A DNA stretch of 64,000 bases, from contig JAWOFK010000057.1 in the NCBI GenBank assembly GCA_046497565.1, forward strand, positions 2,096 to 66,095, read 5' to 3'. Below the pieces are notes generated by a model. That model was given only the letters and a program-made list of their open reading frames with translations. It was not told the DNA's origin and did no database searches. This DNA comes from Dehalococcoidia bacterium (GTDB taxonomy: Bacteria; Chloroflexota; Dehalococcoidia; GIF9; AB-539-J10). Numbering within the stretch: the first letter of the stretch is position 1; each line of letters begins with the position of its first letter. Made by a program: the position numbers and the translations under genes. This document shows positions 47,453-56,759 of this stretch, one piece after another.

Positions 47453-49324
47453 ATGAAAGCGAAGTATAAGTCACCACTTCAATCCACAGATTCCCCGCCG
47501 GATGCGTGGCGCAGGCAGGCTGAGGAGAAACACAAGGCAATTTTGGAAATGGCCATCGACGGCTTCTGGGTCGCCGATTCGAACGGTAGACTGCTAGAAG
47601 TCAATGATTCATACTGTGAGATGATAGGTTACACTCGTGAGGAACTGCTGACAATGTCTATACCCGATATTGAAGCAGCAGAAACGCCCGAACAGACAAC
47701 TCAGCACATGAAAGAGCTCATGGAGCAAGGTCACGACCATTTTCAGACTCGGCATAAACGCAAGGACGGCAAGATAATCGACGTTGAGGTCAGCGCAAAT
47801 TACATCGATGTGGAAGGTGGGCAACTGTTTGTATTTGTACGGGATGTTACCAAGCGCAAGCGGGCGGAGCAGGCACTGAGAGAAAGCGAAAGTAAATACA
47901 GGACGCTGGTGGAAAGTATCCCGCAAAGGATATTTCTTAAGGATAAGAATTCGGTTTACCTTTCCTGCAATAGGAATTACGCTGAAGACCTGGGCATAGA
48001 GCCGCAAGAGATCGCGGGGCGCACAGATTACGACTTCTATCCCGGGGACCTGGCTGAAAAATATAGAGCAGACGACCAGAGAATTATTGAGTCCGGGAAC
48101 ACACAAGGCATTGAAGAGAGGTACGTCCACCACGGACAAGAAAGAATCGTGGAGACATTTAAAACACCGGTCAGAGATGAAAACGGCCAGCTGGTCGGTA
48201 TACTGGGCATTTTCCATGACATCACCGAGCGCAAGCATACTAGGGACAGGCTGCTGGAGTACAAGACGGCCGTAGATCAGTCCGCTGACGGCATCGCTCT
48301 CGCCAACCTGGACGGCCACATTCGCTTCGTAAATGAAGCCTGGGCTGGAATGCATGGCCTGTCGGTCCAAGAAAGCACAGGCCAGCATTTGAGCATCTTC
48401 CACACCCAGGAACAGATGGAATCGGATGTCATCCCCTTCAACCGGCGCCTCTTGCAGACCAATTCCAACGCCGGCGAAGTCTGGCACGTGACCAAGAACG
48501 GGCAACCATTTCTGGCCTGGATGACCACCACGGTGTTGAAGCGAGCAGACCAGAGGCCATTTGGGTTGCTCGCAATCATGCGCGACATCACCGAGCAAAA
48601 AGAAATGGAGAGACAGCGGCGCGACCACGAAATAGCCGAGGCACGGGCAGAAGAACTCGCCAAATCACGCGGCCGGCTTCTCAGTGCTCAGGAGTCCCTG
48701 CACAAAGAGATTGCCAGCCAGCTTCACGGGACAGTGCAAAGCCGTCTCATATTACTGGGGCAGAAGCTGGCGGAGCTTGAGGCCCGGCCTGCGTCAGAGC
48801 GGACGACCGAGGAGCTGGCTGACATCCGTCAGAAACTCGAAGAACTGCAAAATGACCATATACGACCCATCAGCCACCGCCTCTTTCCTTCCATTTTGCG
48901 CATGGGACTGGCTGCCGGCCTGGAATCTCTGGTGGACGAGTACGGCACCAGGCTACATATCGATTTGCAGGTGAGTAAACAACTCAGAGATAAAGAACAA
49001 GTCAATAGAAGGCTTATCCCGGATAATGTGAAGCTGTCGCTGTATCGCATTGCCGAGGAAGCCCTGGCCAATATCGTCAAACACACGCCTCCGGCGGAAA
49101 ATGTAGTGGTGAAGTTGTCGCCTTCCGATAGTCGCGCATTACGCCTGGCGGTGAGTGACGATGGCGCTGGCTTTGATGAGGCGAGCCCCTCAACCGGCAT
49201 TGGTCTGGCAATTATGTCGGACTACGCGGCGGCGGCGGGAGGCAGTTGTGCCATCAAGAGCGTTCCCGGCAAGGGCACACGAGTTACGGCAGAGGTGCCT
49301 CTTACAGCGCTTCAAGCGCAGTAA
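47453..49324 (+). CDS. multi-PAS sensor histidine kinase (HisKA_3 type)
   Basis: It has three PAS-like modules, each ending in a D(I/V)T(E/K)RK linker. The H box is EIASQLHGTVQSRL and the HATPase_c domain has EEALANIVKH, DDGAGF and GIGLAIM. No TM segment is seen. Confidence 0.9.
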   Translation: MKAKYKSPLQSTDSPPDAWRRQAEEKHKAILEMAIDGFWVADSNGRLLEVNDSYCEMIGYTREELLTMSIPDIEAAETPEQTTQHMKELMEQGHDHFQTRHKRKDGKIIDVEVSANYIDVEGGQLFVFVRDVTKRKRAEQALRESESKYRTLVESIPQRIFLKDKNSVYLSCNRNYAEDLGIEPQEIAGRTDYDFYPGDLAEKYRADDQRIIESGNTQGIEERYVHHGQERIVETFKTPVRDENGQLVGILGIFHDITERKHTRDRLLEYKTAVDQSADGIALANLDGHIRFVNEAWAGMHGLSVQESTGQHLSIFHTQEQMESDVIPFNRRLLQTNSNAGEVWHVTKNGQPFLAWMTTTVLKRADQRPFGLLAIMRDITEQKEMERQRRDHEIAEARAEELAKSRGRLLSAQESLHKEIASQLHGTVQSRLILLGQKLAELEARPASERTTEELADIRQKLEELQNDHIRPISHRLFPSILRMGLAAGLESLVDEYGTRLHIDLQVSKQLRDKEQVNRRLIPDNVKLSLYRIAEEALANIVKHTPPAENVVVKLSPSDSRALRLAVSDDGAGFDEASPSTGIGLAIMSDYAAAAGGSCAIKSVPGKGTRVTAEVPLTALQAQ

Positions 49325-49335
49325 TCGGCTGAGGG

Positions 49336-50034
49336 TTACGCAACGGGTGCTCCGTGCTTACCCCCCTGCGAGGATTTCAGGAACGCCAGTGCAGCTTTGA
49401 CACGCATGTTGATTTCCGGCTCCTCGGAGAGCCCCAGGCGCTGATAGATGACGTTGATGTAGCTTTCAACGGACCTCTCCTCAAGTACCAACCGCCTGGC
49501 GATAGCGGCGTTGTTAAACCCCGCCGCAAGCAGCCGGAGCACCTCCTGTTGCCTTTGTGTGAGCCTGCCAACTTCAGAACCTTCTCGCAGGTGCAGCCTG
49601 GCCATCACCACCGGATCCAGGACTACCATACCCCGCGCACATCCCTCAATAGCCTGGATGACCGTGGATACGTCCCGAACCGTTCGCTTTAACAGGTACG
49701 CCCACCCCATGCTCTCTCCCAGCGGCAGGCTGGTCACGTAGCGGGGATCGTCATGTGAGGAGAGAATAACTATACCAATCTCAGGGCTCTCTCTTTTGAT
49801 TACCAGGGCCGCATCAATGCCGTCCATTTCCCCGGCAAGTTCAATGTCCATCACAATCACGTCGGGTTTGGACTTGCGGGCCAGTGCAATCGCCTTCTCA
49901 GCATCATCCGCCATATCCACTACCTCCAGACTTCCCTGCCGGGATAGAGCGCCGACCAGCATTTCTCGAAACAGCTGTTCGTCCTCTATTACCGCTACCC
50001 TTATCTTATCCACAGACATTCTGCCTGATTTCAC
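49336..50034 (-). CDS. LuxR/NarL-family response regulator
   Basis: The REC domain has VAVIEDE and DVIVMDIELAGEMDG. The LuxR HTH reads LTQRQQEVLRLLAAGFNNAAIARRL..SVESYINVIYQRLG. An alternative start lies at 50019. Confidence 0.9.
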   Translation of the reverse strand: MKSGRMSVDKIRVAVIEDEQLFREMLVGALSRQGSLEVVDMADDAEKAIALARKSKPDVIVMDIELAGEMDGIDAALVIKRESPEIGIVILSSHDDPRYVTSLPLGESMGWAYLLKRTVRDVSTVIQAIEGCARGMVVLDPVVMARLHLREGSEVGRLTQRQQEVLRLLAAGFNNAAIARRLVLEERSVESYINVIYQRLGLSEEPEINMRVKAALAFLKSSQGGKHGAPVA

Positions 50035-50103
50035 TTTGCAGACTTGGTTCCAGAAGAACCAGCGCCTCTCTGCTCAATCCCATGCCACTTGATATTCTAT
50101 ACC

Positions 50104-50208
50104 ATGCTAGCACAGCAAGTAAATAAGAGGTTAACACAATACCCAGCGTGTTCTCCACATGCTAGCATTGAGGCCTGTATGTATACCATGCGAATATTGC
50201 CGCATGGT
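50104..50208. promoter_or_regulatory. palindromic candidate operator sites between the response regulator and marR copy 2
   Basis: ATGCTAGCAC lies at 50104-50113. The perfect 10-bp palindrome ATGCTAGCAT lies at 50159-50168. The inverted repeat ACCATGCG-n8-CGCATGGT lies at 50185-50208. Confidence 0.35.
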
Positions 50209-50297
50209 GCGAAGGTGACCTCATGAAAACAAAGTTGCAGGAGACATCGCCAGAGGCGGGCAGGCTAGCCCGTGGAAATAGTCAGGAGGAGAGCGAT

Positions 50298-50750
50298 ATG
50301 CCAGAACAGTTCGATGGGGAAAGCCCGAGTTTGAAAGCGTGGTTGTTGCTGCACCGGACCCGCGACGTCTTTTTCAGATGCGAGGACCGAATAGCTGCTG
50401 AGTTCGGTCTCACTCAGGAGCAATATTCAGTGCTCCTGGCCATGAAATGTCTCGACGAGCCCGTAAGGCCAACCGACGTCGGTCGCTGGATAGGGCATAA
50501 GGTGAACACAGTAAGCATGATAGTCGACCGTATGGTCAAGGCCGGTCTGGTGACAAGGGAAAGAGACCTGCCTGACCGCAGGTCGGTACGCCTGTCCATG
50601 ACCGACAAGGGGGAGAAGGCTTATGAAGCGGCAACTCCACAGGTCTGGAGGCTGATCGAGGCAATCATGTCGCAACTATCACATAAAGACTCACTTACCC
50701 TGATCAGGTTGCTCGAGACGCTAAGAAACAGGGCGCTTGAGCATCTCAAT
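50298..50750 (+). repeat. direct repeat copy 2 (partner at 46584..47036)
   Basis: See copy 1. The two copies flank the 3.2-kb kinase/regulator cassette. Confidence 0.85.
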
Positions 50751-50756
50751 CTATGA
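50298..50756 (+). CDS. MarR family transcriptional regulator (copy 2)
   Basis: The ATG at 50298 follows AGGAGG. The protein MPEQFDGESPSLKAWLLLHRTRDVFFRCEDRIAAEFGLTQEQYSVLLAMKCLDEPVRPTDVGRW is nearly identical to copy 1. The track start at 50223 adds 25 unsupported residues. Confidence 0.9.
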   Translation: MPEQFDGESPSLKAWLLLHRTRDVFFRCEDRIAAEFGLTQEQYSVLLAMKCLDEPVRPTDVGRWIGHKVNTVSMIVDRMVKAGLVTRERDLPDRRSVRLSMTDKGEKAYEAATPQVWRLIEAIMSQLSHKDSLTLIRLLETLRNRALEHLNL

Positions 50757-50888
50757 ACGGATACTCGGGAAACAGTGAGTTATGAGACCGACGAGGCGTC
50801 CCGCCTTCTGAAACAGATGGCCAGCCACACCGCTCACCACAAAGAGGGGCAAGTCTATCTTCTTGACAATCTGTGTGGCGCCGTGTCG

Positions 50889-51467
50889 TCAACCTGACGT
50901 TGCAAAGTGGGCTCTGGACCCACCCGTCGCTTCTTGCAGTGCCCAACGGTAGCTCTCGTAAGTTCTGGCATCGAACAGGACGAACACCACTTCTTCAAGG
51001 GAGGTGGCCTGCTGTTTAAGAAATGAGACCACGGTACCGGCTGCTATCCTTGCCGCTTCATCTAAGGGGTATCCGTAGGCACCGGTACTTACGGACGGAA
51101 AAGAGATGCTGGTCAATTTGCTCTCAGTGGCTAATTGCAGGCACTCATAATAGGCGCTTTTCAGAAGCTCAGATTCGTTTCTGCTGCCGCCGTGCCATAC
51201 CGGGCCAACGGTATGTATCACATACCGTGCTTTGAGGTTTCCTCCGCCGGTGATTACCGCTTTGCCCGTGGGCAATCTCCCTTGCCGGGCAACGATTTTC
51301 TTACATTCTTCCAAGATTGCCGGCCCCCCGGCCCTGTGTATTGCCCCATCTACCCCTCCGCCTCCCATTAAACCGGGGTTGGCAGCGTTAACAATGGCCT
51401 CGGTAGCCTGTTTGGTGATATCCCCCTGCACAATAGACACCTTCGTTTTGTTGATCGTTACCTCCAT
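50889..51467 (-). CDS. macro domain protein (O-acetyl-ADP-ribose deacetylase-like)
   Basis: The signature is VNAANPGLMGGGGVDGAIHRAGG. The ATG at 51467 (MEVTINK) follows AGGAGGG. Confidence 0.9.
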   Translation of the reverse strand: MEVTINKTKVSIVQGDITKQATEAIVNAANPGLMGGGGVDGAIHRAGGPAILEECKKIVARQGRLPTGKAVITGGGNLKARYVIHTVGPVWHGGSRNESELLKSAYYECLQLATESKLTSISFPSVSTGAYGYPLDEAARIAAGTVVSFLKQQATSLEEVVFVLFDARTYESYRWALQEATGGSRAHFATSG

Positions 51468-51631
51468 GTTCCCTCCTTGCCCTGATAACCAGAAGGTAAC
51501 ACAGCAATAAAGCAAAGGCAAACCCCGCTTCATCGACAGGAAATCCCGGTAGCCTATCGAATCCCGGGATGCAACACCAGCTGAGCAGGAAGTTTGACGC
51601 AGTTGCTCGGTGTAGGGTAAATTTACCCGGG

Positions 51632-52720
51632 ATGAAGGCTGTTATTCTGGCCGGTGGAGAAGCGACCAGGCTGCGTCCCCTTACCTGCAACACCCCCAAG
51701 ATAATGGTTCCCGTCTTGAATCGCCCCTTCCTTGAACGTCTCGTCTGCTATCTAAAGACGCACGATATTGTCGACATAATCCTGGCGGTGGGCAAGTCAC
51801 CCGGGCAGGTCAAGGACTATTTCGGCGACGGCAGCAAGTTGGGCGTCAGGCTCGCCTACTCAATAGAGGATTTTCCCCTGGGGACCGCGGGCGCGGTGAA
51901 AAATGCGGAAAAACTTCTTGACGACTCCTTTATCGTCTTCAACGGGGATATTTTCACCGATATCGATTTGAGCGCGATGGCGCGACTGCACCGCAAGAAC
52001 AAAGCTATAGCCAGCCTGGCTTTGACGCCTGTGGGCGACCCTACCATGTACGGAGTGGTGGAAACGGATAACCAGGGCAGAGTCAAACGTTTTACGGAGA
52101 AGCCGAGCCGGGACAGGATAACCACCAACATGATTAATGCCGGGATTTACATCTTGGAGCCCGATATTTTCAACCATATCCCTCCCAACACATTCTCCAT
52201 GTTCGAGCGTGATGTTTTCCCCCCGCTTCTGGACAGCGGGCAGACCATATATAGCTATCCTTCCCGGGACTACTGGATTGATATAGGCACTCCGGACAAG
52301 TATTTGGGATTACAGCACGATTTGCTCTACCGCTATCAAGGCAATGAAGGCACCGAGTCTGAAGGCGACAGCGTCATTCACTCTTCAGCTCAAATCGAGG
52401 GGCCGGTCATAATCGGCGAAGCCTGCTTTATCGACAGGAATTCCACGATAAGGGGGCCGGCTGTCGTGGGGGCGCGCTGTCGTGTGGAAGAAGACGCCGT
52501 CCTGGAAGGGGCGATACTGTGGCCGGATTGCACCATTGGCAGGGGAGCCAGGCTGAGAAACTGCCTGGTCGCCTCCCGTTGTCGTATCGGGGAGGAAAGC
52601 GAAGTCCTGGATGGCTGCATTCTAGGAGATGATGTGCTGATCGGGACAGGAAATAAGCTATCTAACGGAATCAAGGTCTGGCCGGGTAAATCTATCGAGC
52701 CCGGCACGATTTCGTTCTGA
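51632..52720 (+). CDS. NDP-sugar pyrophosphorylase (mannose-1-phosphate guanylyltransferase-like) with C-terminal LbH domain
   Basis: The N-terminus reads MKAVILAGGEATRLRPLTCNTPKIMVP. The C-terminus has hexapeptide repeats. The specific sugar is not determinable by eye. Confidence 0.8.
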   Translation: MKAVILAGGEATRLRPLTCNTPKIMVPVLNRPFLERLVCYLKTHDIVDIILAVGKSPGQVKDYFGDGSKLGVRLAYSIEDFPLGTAGAVKNAEKLLDDSFIVFNGDIFTDIDLSAMARLHRKNKAIASLALTPVGDPTMYGVVETDNQGRVKRFTEKPSRDRITTNMINAGIYILEPDIFNHIPPNTFSMFERDVFPPLLDSGQTIYSYPSRDYWIDIGTPDKYLGLQHDLLYRYQGNEGTESEGDSVIHSSAQIEGPVIIGEACFIDRNSTIRGPAVVGARCRVEEDAVLEGAILWPDCTIGRGARLRNCLVASRCRIGEESEVLDGCILGDDVLIGTGNKLSNGIKVWPGKSIEPGTISF

Positions 52721-52778
52721 ACAAATAAGGTCAAGCCTGTTCTCTGCCCACCGCTTCCTCGCCTGAATGCCCTTTCTT

Positions 52779-52814
52779 AACCCCCCTCAAGATAAGGGGA
52801 ATAGAAGGGGGTTA
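52779..52814. repeat. GC-rich hairpin (family 2 style)
   Basis: TAACCCCC (52779-52786) pairs with GGGGGTTA (52807-52814). Confidence 0.5.
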
Positions 52815-52965
52815 TGAAGCCCTCTTGACCGCCGCTCTGATGCTTTGTCTTACCGGCTGTTGCGTTTTCGGCGAAGAATCCCGGCCGCGCTCAACACAAG
52901 CTCCGCCTGCCGATACTGGAGCCTGGCACTATATTCCAGGAGAGCCGACCTGGCGAATCAATCCT

Positions 52966-55509
52966 CTAGAGCTTGAGTTTCAGGGTTACTATTTCGAAAG
53001 GTTCGACCTCCATTTTCAGCATGTTGCCATCTGTTTTCAATTCGTATTCCTCTCGTTCCAGTAAATCGGCAATTGTTGCCTTTTTGATCTCACGGAATAG
53101 CCTGACTTCAGCCGCAGTCTTCTCTCCCTTAGTCTCAAAGAACCTCAATATCACCTCATCGCTGTCCTCAGCTTTCTTGAGAGCTGATAGTATTAGGTTA
53201 TCCGGTCTCAGTTCCAGGAAGGAAAACTCCCGGGGCAGAGCACTGGGGGCTGCGCCCCCGGGCCCCGGGGTGCTTTGAACTGCCAGCGGTAAGTGCTGGT
53301 ACTCCTGGCCATGCTTGTAGGCTTCGGATTCCTTCCAGTCGCCGTCGTGAGGCTTCAAGGCGTATTCAAAGGTATAATCTTTGTTGAGCTCCAGGGCATC
53401 CGGAGTGGGGATGAGGGCTCCGGCTTCAGCATCGGCGGAAAGGATGCCCACACTCCGCAGCAGCGTCAGGTAAACCCTGCTTTCCCTTATCTCAGTCGCC
53501 GGGATGCCCCGGTTCATAAAGGTTATTCCTCTTGTTGCGTCGCCGTAGCAGAACCAGGACAGGAAATTGGGAATGCCGGCCGGCGTTCCCGTCCTCTCCA
53601 GAGAGGCAAAAAGCTCTGTGGGCTCCGGGACGACGCCGAACTGGGTCTCACGAAAATACACCATCCGTCCTTTGAAGGTATCAAACTTGACCCTCAGTCT
53701 TATATTCGGATACCGGCTCTTAACCCTGGTTATGAACTCGATCCTGGGAAGGTCTCGATAAATGATGACTTCTTTTGTGAAATCCATGACTTTGTGTCTA
53801 TAAAGCTTGGTTTCAAACTTCTCAAACAAGCGGTAAGGCCACCTGAAGCAGTAATAGCCCGCGCTGAAGATTATCCTCGACTTCAGGGGGCCATTTTCTA
53901 TCTTGAATCTCTGGGGCCTGAAGGCGCCGTAGTAGACCCCTTTCCCGCTTTCATTCTTTATTAATTCAAAGAACATGTGTTGATGATGGTACAGGTCACC
54001 AATCTCGTTCTCTATGTGCAGTTCATTCCCTTGCAACAGAAGTCTCCCCGTCTTGTCGAAAACCTCAATGATGCCGGTTCCGGGGTCAACCCGTAATCTG
54101 AAAAAGGAGTTTTCTACTTCATTTTCCCTGGCTTCAATGGCCCTTTCCCGTTCCTTATCCGGGCCAGGTCGGGACTCGATAACCCGGTAAACCTTATAGC
54201 CCAGGGGAGAAAGATCGGCACGAAATCCAAGCTTTGCCCGCCTGATTTTTCCTTCCTCGTCCCTTTCCAGTTCCAAAACCTGGCTTTCTATCTCCTCCTC
54301 GCCATGTCTGAGTCCGGGCTCTTCATCCCAGCCGGCAAGCTCCAAATCGACTTCACACCAGTTACTCATACCCCGGGAGAGTGGATTGAAGACTATCACC
54401 GCCTCTCCTTGCGTATCGACTTTGGATGCGATGAATTTCAGGTCGTCATACACAATCCTGCCCAGGTGCTCTTCCAGGAAGGAAAATGTTTCTCTAACCT
54501 CATCGTAAATCTCATCTACCCCGCAGCCTGCGATGATATCGTGGAAGGCGATGAAGAGCATCTTTTCCCAGCATTCGTTCAACGCGGCGGCCGGGTATTC
54601 CTTCCCCAATAGCCAGGCCAGGGTGGAAAACCATTCAGCGTTGATGAGTAATCCTTCGCATTTCCTTGCCCCCAGTACCACCCAGGCCCGGGACGAACAT
54701 ACCTGAGGGAAAACATCGACTAAGTCGTCGTCGTACAATTCTCCTTCACGGATTTTGAATTTTCCCACCTCACCTTCCAAAGCTCGGAAGAACTCAGAGG
54801 GGGTAGCGATCTTCATCCGGGACTCGCCTCTATGGTCTTCGTTCCATTTTCTGACCACGTCCACAGTTTCCTTTTGCGGAGGTGTTGAGCCGCTCCCCGA
54901 AGGCATGAGGATGTGGGAAGTAGTGACGTATTTGTTGAGCTCTCTATAGCTTTCCTCCAATTTATCGAGATAGAACCCGGCCCGGTAGCCCAGGGGCATC
55001 CAATGGGCAAGGATGGTGGTCCCGTCAAGCGCTCTCCAGAGAAACTCGCTCTGTATTTCCTTCGCCCCTCGTCGAAAGGCGACCCATTTGTATCCCGACT
55101 TCTTATAAATCTGGGGGACCTGCGCATTCATTCCAAAACTATCCGCACACCAGCCCACGGAGACATCCACGCCAAATTTTTCCCGACAGTACTTCTTGCC
55201 AAAGAATATCTCCCTTATTAGCACCTCGCCGGCGGGAAGCATGGTATCGGCCATCAAATACTGACCATCGATTATCTCCATTTTCCCCTTCTGTATCATC
55301 TCCTTTATTTCCCGCCAGAGCTCGGGGTTCCGTTCTTCCAGCACTTTCAAAGGAAAAATCTGCTCCCAGCAGAACTTGTATTCTTCATGCCTCTTCATTA
55401 ATTCAACAGCCTGTCGCAAAACATCCTCATTTACATTGAGATACTCTTCCTTGGTCAGCGCCCAGGCCACATCGTAATGAGAGTGTGGCACAAGATATAT
55501 TGTCTGCAT
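52966..55509 (-). CDS. glycoside hydrolase family 38 (alpha-mannosidase-like)
   Basis: The ATG at 55509 follows GGAGG. The N-terminal YLVPHSHYDVAWA is the GH38 metal-site motif. The protein is ~850 aa. Confidence 0.8.
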   Translation of the reverse strand: MQTIYLVPHSHYDVAWALTKEEYLNVNEDVLRQAVELMKRHEEYKFCWEQIFPLKVLEERNPELWREIKEMIQKGKMEIIDGQYLMADTMLPAGEVLIREIFFGKKYCREKFGVDVSVGWCADSFGMNAQVPQIYKKSGYKWVAFRRGAKEIQSEFLWRALDGTTILAHWMPLGYRAGFYLDKLEESYRELNKYVTTSHILMPSGSGSTPPQKETVDVVRKWNEDHRGESRMKIATPSEFFRALEGEVGKFKIREGELYDDDLVDVFPQVCSSRAWVVLGARKCEGLLINAEWFSTLAWLLGKEYPAAALNECWEKMLFIAFHDIIAGCGVDEIYDEVRETFSFLEEHLGRIVYDDLKFIASKVDTQGEAVIVFNPLSRGMSNWCEVDLELAGWDEEPGLRHGEEEIESQVLELERDEEGKIRRAKLGFRADLSPLGYKVYRVIESRPGPDKERERAIEARENEVENSFFRLRVDPGTGIIEVFDKTGRLLLQGNELHIENEIGDLYHHQHMFFELIKNESGKGVYYGAFRPQRFKIENGPLKSRIIFSAGYYCFRWPYRLFEKFETKLYRHKVMDFTKEVIIYRDLPRIEFITRVKSRYPNIRLRVKFDTFKGRMVYFRETQFGVVPEPTELFASLERTGTPAGIPNFLSWFCYGDATRGITFMNRGIPATEIRESRVYLTLLRSVGILSADAEAGALIPTPDALELNKDYTFEYALKPHDGDWKESEAYKHGQEYQHLPLAVQSTPGPGGAAPSALPREFSFLELRPDNLILSALKKAEDSDEVILRFFETKGEKTAAEVRLFREIKKATIADLLEREEYELKTDGNMLKMEVEPFEIVTLKLKL

Positions 55510-55597
55510 CTCAACCTCCAAGTCCCGACAAAATCGGGGCAACTGCTCCCTTCCGTACGAAGCCCGATTTCGGGAGCCTGCCAGGGCCGGAACGTTC

Positions 55598-56686
55598 CTA
55601 GACATTGAATAAAAAGGTAACTACGTCGCCGTCCTGGATGATGTAGTTCTTGCCTTCTGTTCTGAGCAGGCCTCTTTTTCGCGCTTCAGCCAGAGTGCCG
55701 CAGCTTTCCAAATCAGTATAGCTGACAACCTCAGCTCGGATAAACCCCCTTTCCATATCGGTGTGGACCTTTCCCGCCGCTTTCGGTGCGGGAGTGCCAC
55801 CGGGGACGGTCCAGGCCTTGAGCTCAGCCGAAGCCGTGGTAAAGAAAGAAACCAGCCCCAGGAGATCGTAGGAAAGGCCGATAACCCGGTCAAGCGCCGG
55901 TGTGCTCAGCCCCATGGCTTCACGGAATTCCCGGGCCTCGGCATCACTGAGCTGAGCCAGCTCTGCCTCCAGTTTGCCGCAAAGAGCTACTATGGCAAAC
56001 TGCGGATAAAGGGAACTTATCTCACCCTCCCATTGTGAGGCCTCTGATATTTGCGCCTCTCCCATATTAAGGACTACCAGCATGGGTTTGGCGGTAAGGA
56101 ATTGATAATTGGACAGCATTTTGAGTTCTTCTGCGGTCAGGCCCTGCCGTCTTATCGGTATATCCTGCTCCAGCCCCGCCGTAACCTTTTGCAGCAACAG
56201 TTGCTCCCTCAGATATGATTCCCGCTCTGTCGCCCTGGCTCCTTTCAAGCTGGTCTCCAATTTGTCGAGCCTTCTCTCGATAATAGCCAGATCGGAAACG
56301 GCGAGCTCCAGATCCAGGGAAGCTATATCTCGCGCAGGGTCCACGCTTCCTTCAGGATGGGGAACCTGTTCATCTTCAAAAAGCCGGACTACCTGGAGCA
56401 AGGCATCGGCAGTGGTCAGGTAGCTCAGGAATTCTCCCCCCATTCCTTCCCGGCCAAAGCCCTTAATTGAGCCGGCAATATCCGTGTAGCTCACTTCTGC
56501 GGGAACGGTCTTCTTGGGCTGGAATATGCCTTCCAGCACGGTTAGTCGGGCATCGGGCACTTTGGCCACGCCGGTATTGGGAGCCAGGGTAGTGGAATAA
56601 GAGGCGACTTCAGCCCGGCCCCTGGTCAGGGCATTAAAGACGGTCGTCTTGCCGCTCTTGGGCATTCCGATAATGGCAACCTTCAT
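55598..56686 (-). CDS. ychF: redox-regulated ATPase YchF
   Basis: The G1 motif is IIGMPKSGKTTVFNALT. The C-terminus has GFIRAEVVSY and KNYIIQDGDVVTFLFNV. Confidence 0.9.
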   Translation of the reverse strand: MKVAIIGMPKSGKTTVFNALTRGRAEVASYSTTLAPNTGVAKVPDARLTVLEGIFQPKKTVPAEVSYTDIAGSIKGFGREGMGGEFLSYLTTADALLQVVRLFEDEQVPHPEGSVDPARDIASLDLELAVSDLAIIERRLDKLETSLKGARATERESYLREQLLLQKVTAGLEQDIPIRRQGLTAEELKMLSNYQFLTAKPMLVVLNMGEAQISEASQWEGEISSLYPQFAIVALCGKLEAELAQLSDAEAREFREAMGLSTPALDRVIGLSYDLLGLVSFFTTASAELKAWTVPGGTPAPKAAGKVHTDMERGFIRAEVVSYTDLESCGTLAEARKRGLLRTEGKNYIIQDGDVVTFLFNV

Positions 56687-56741
56687 GATTATATCCTACC
56701 ATATTTCGCTTTACAGTCCCTGCCAGGAAAGGGCGGTGCTG

Positions 56742-56750
56742 TGATAGAAT
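56742..56750 (+). promoter_or_regulatory. extended -10 TGaTAGAAT 9 nt upstream of the holA ATG
   Basis: The sequence is gcTGTGATAGAATacgaggcaaATG. The spacer contains GAGG, so either an SD-led or a leaderless start is possible. Confidence 0.35.
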
Positions 56751-56759
56751 ACGAGGCAA

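Noticed and set aside
47609-48628. 339-aa minus-strand ORF
   Set aside because: It is antisense to the PAS histidine kinase. It is a shadow ORF without recognisable domains.
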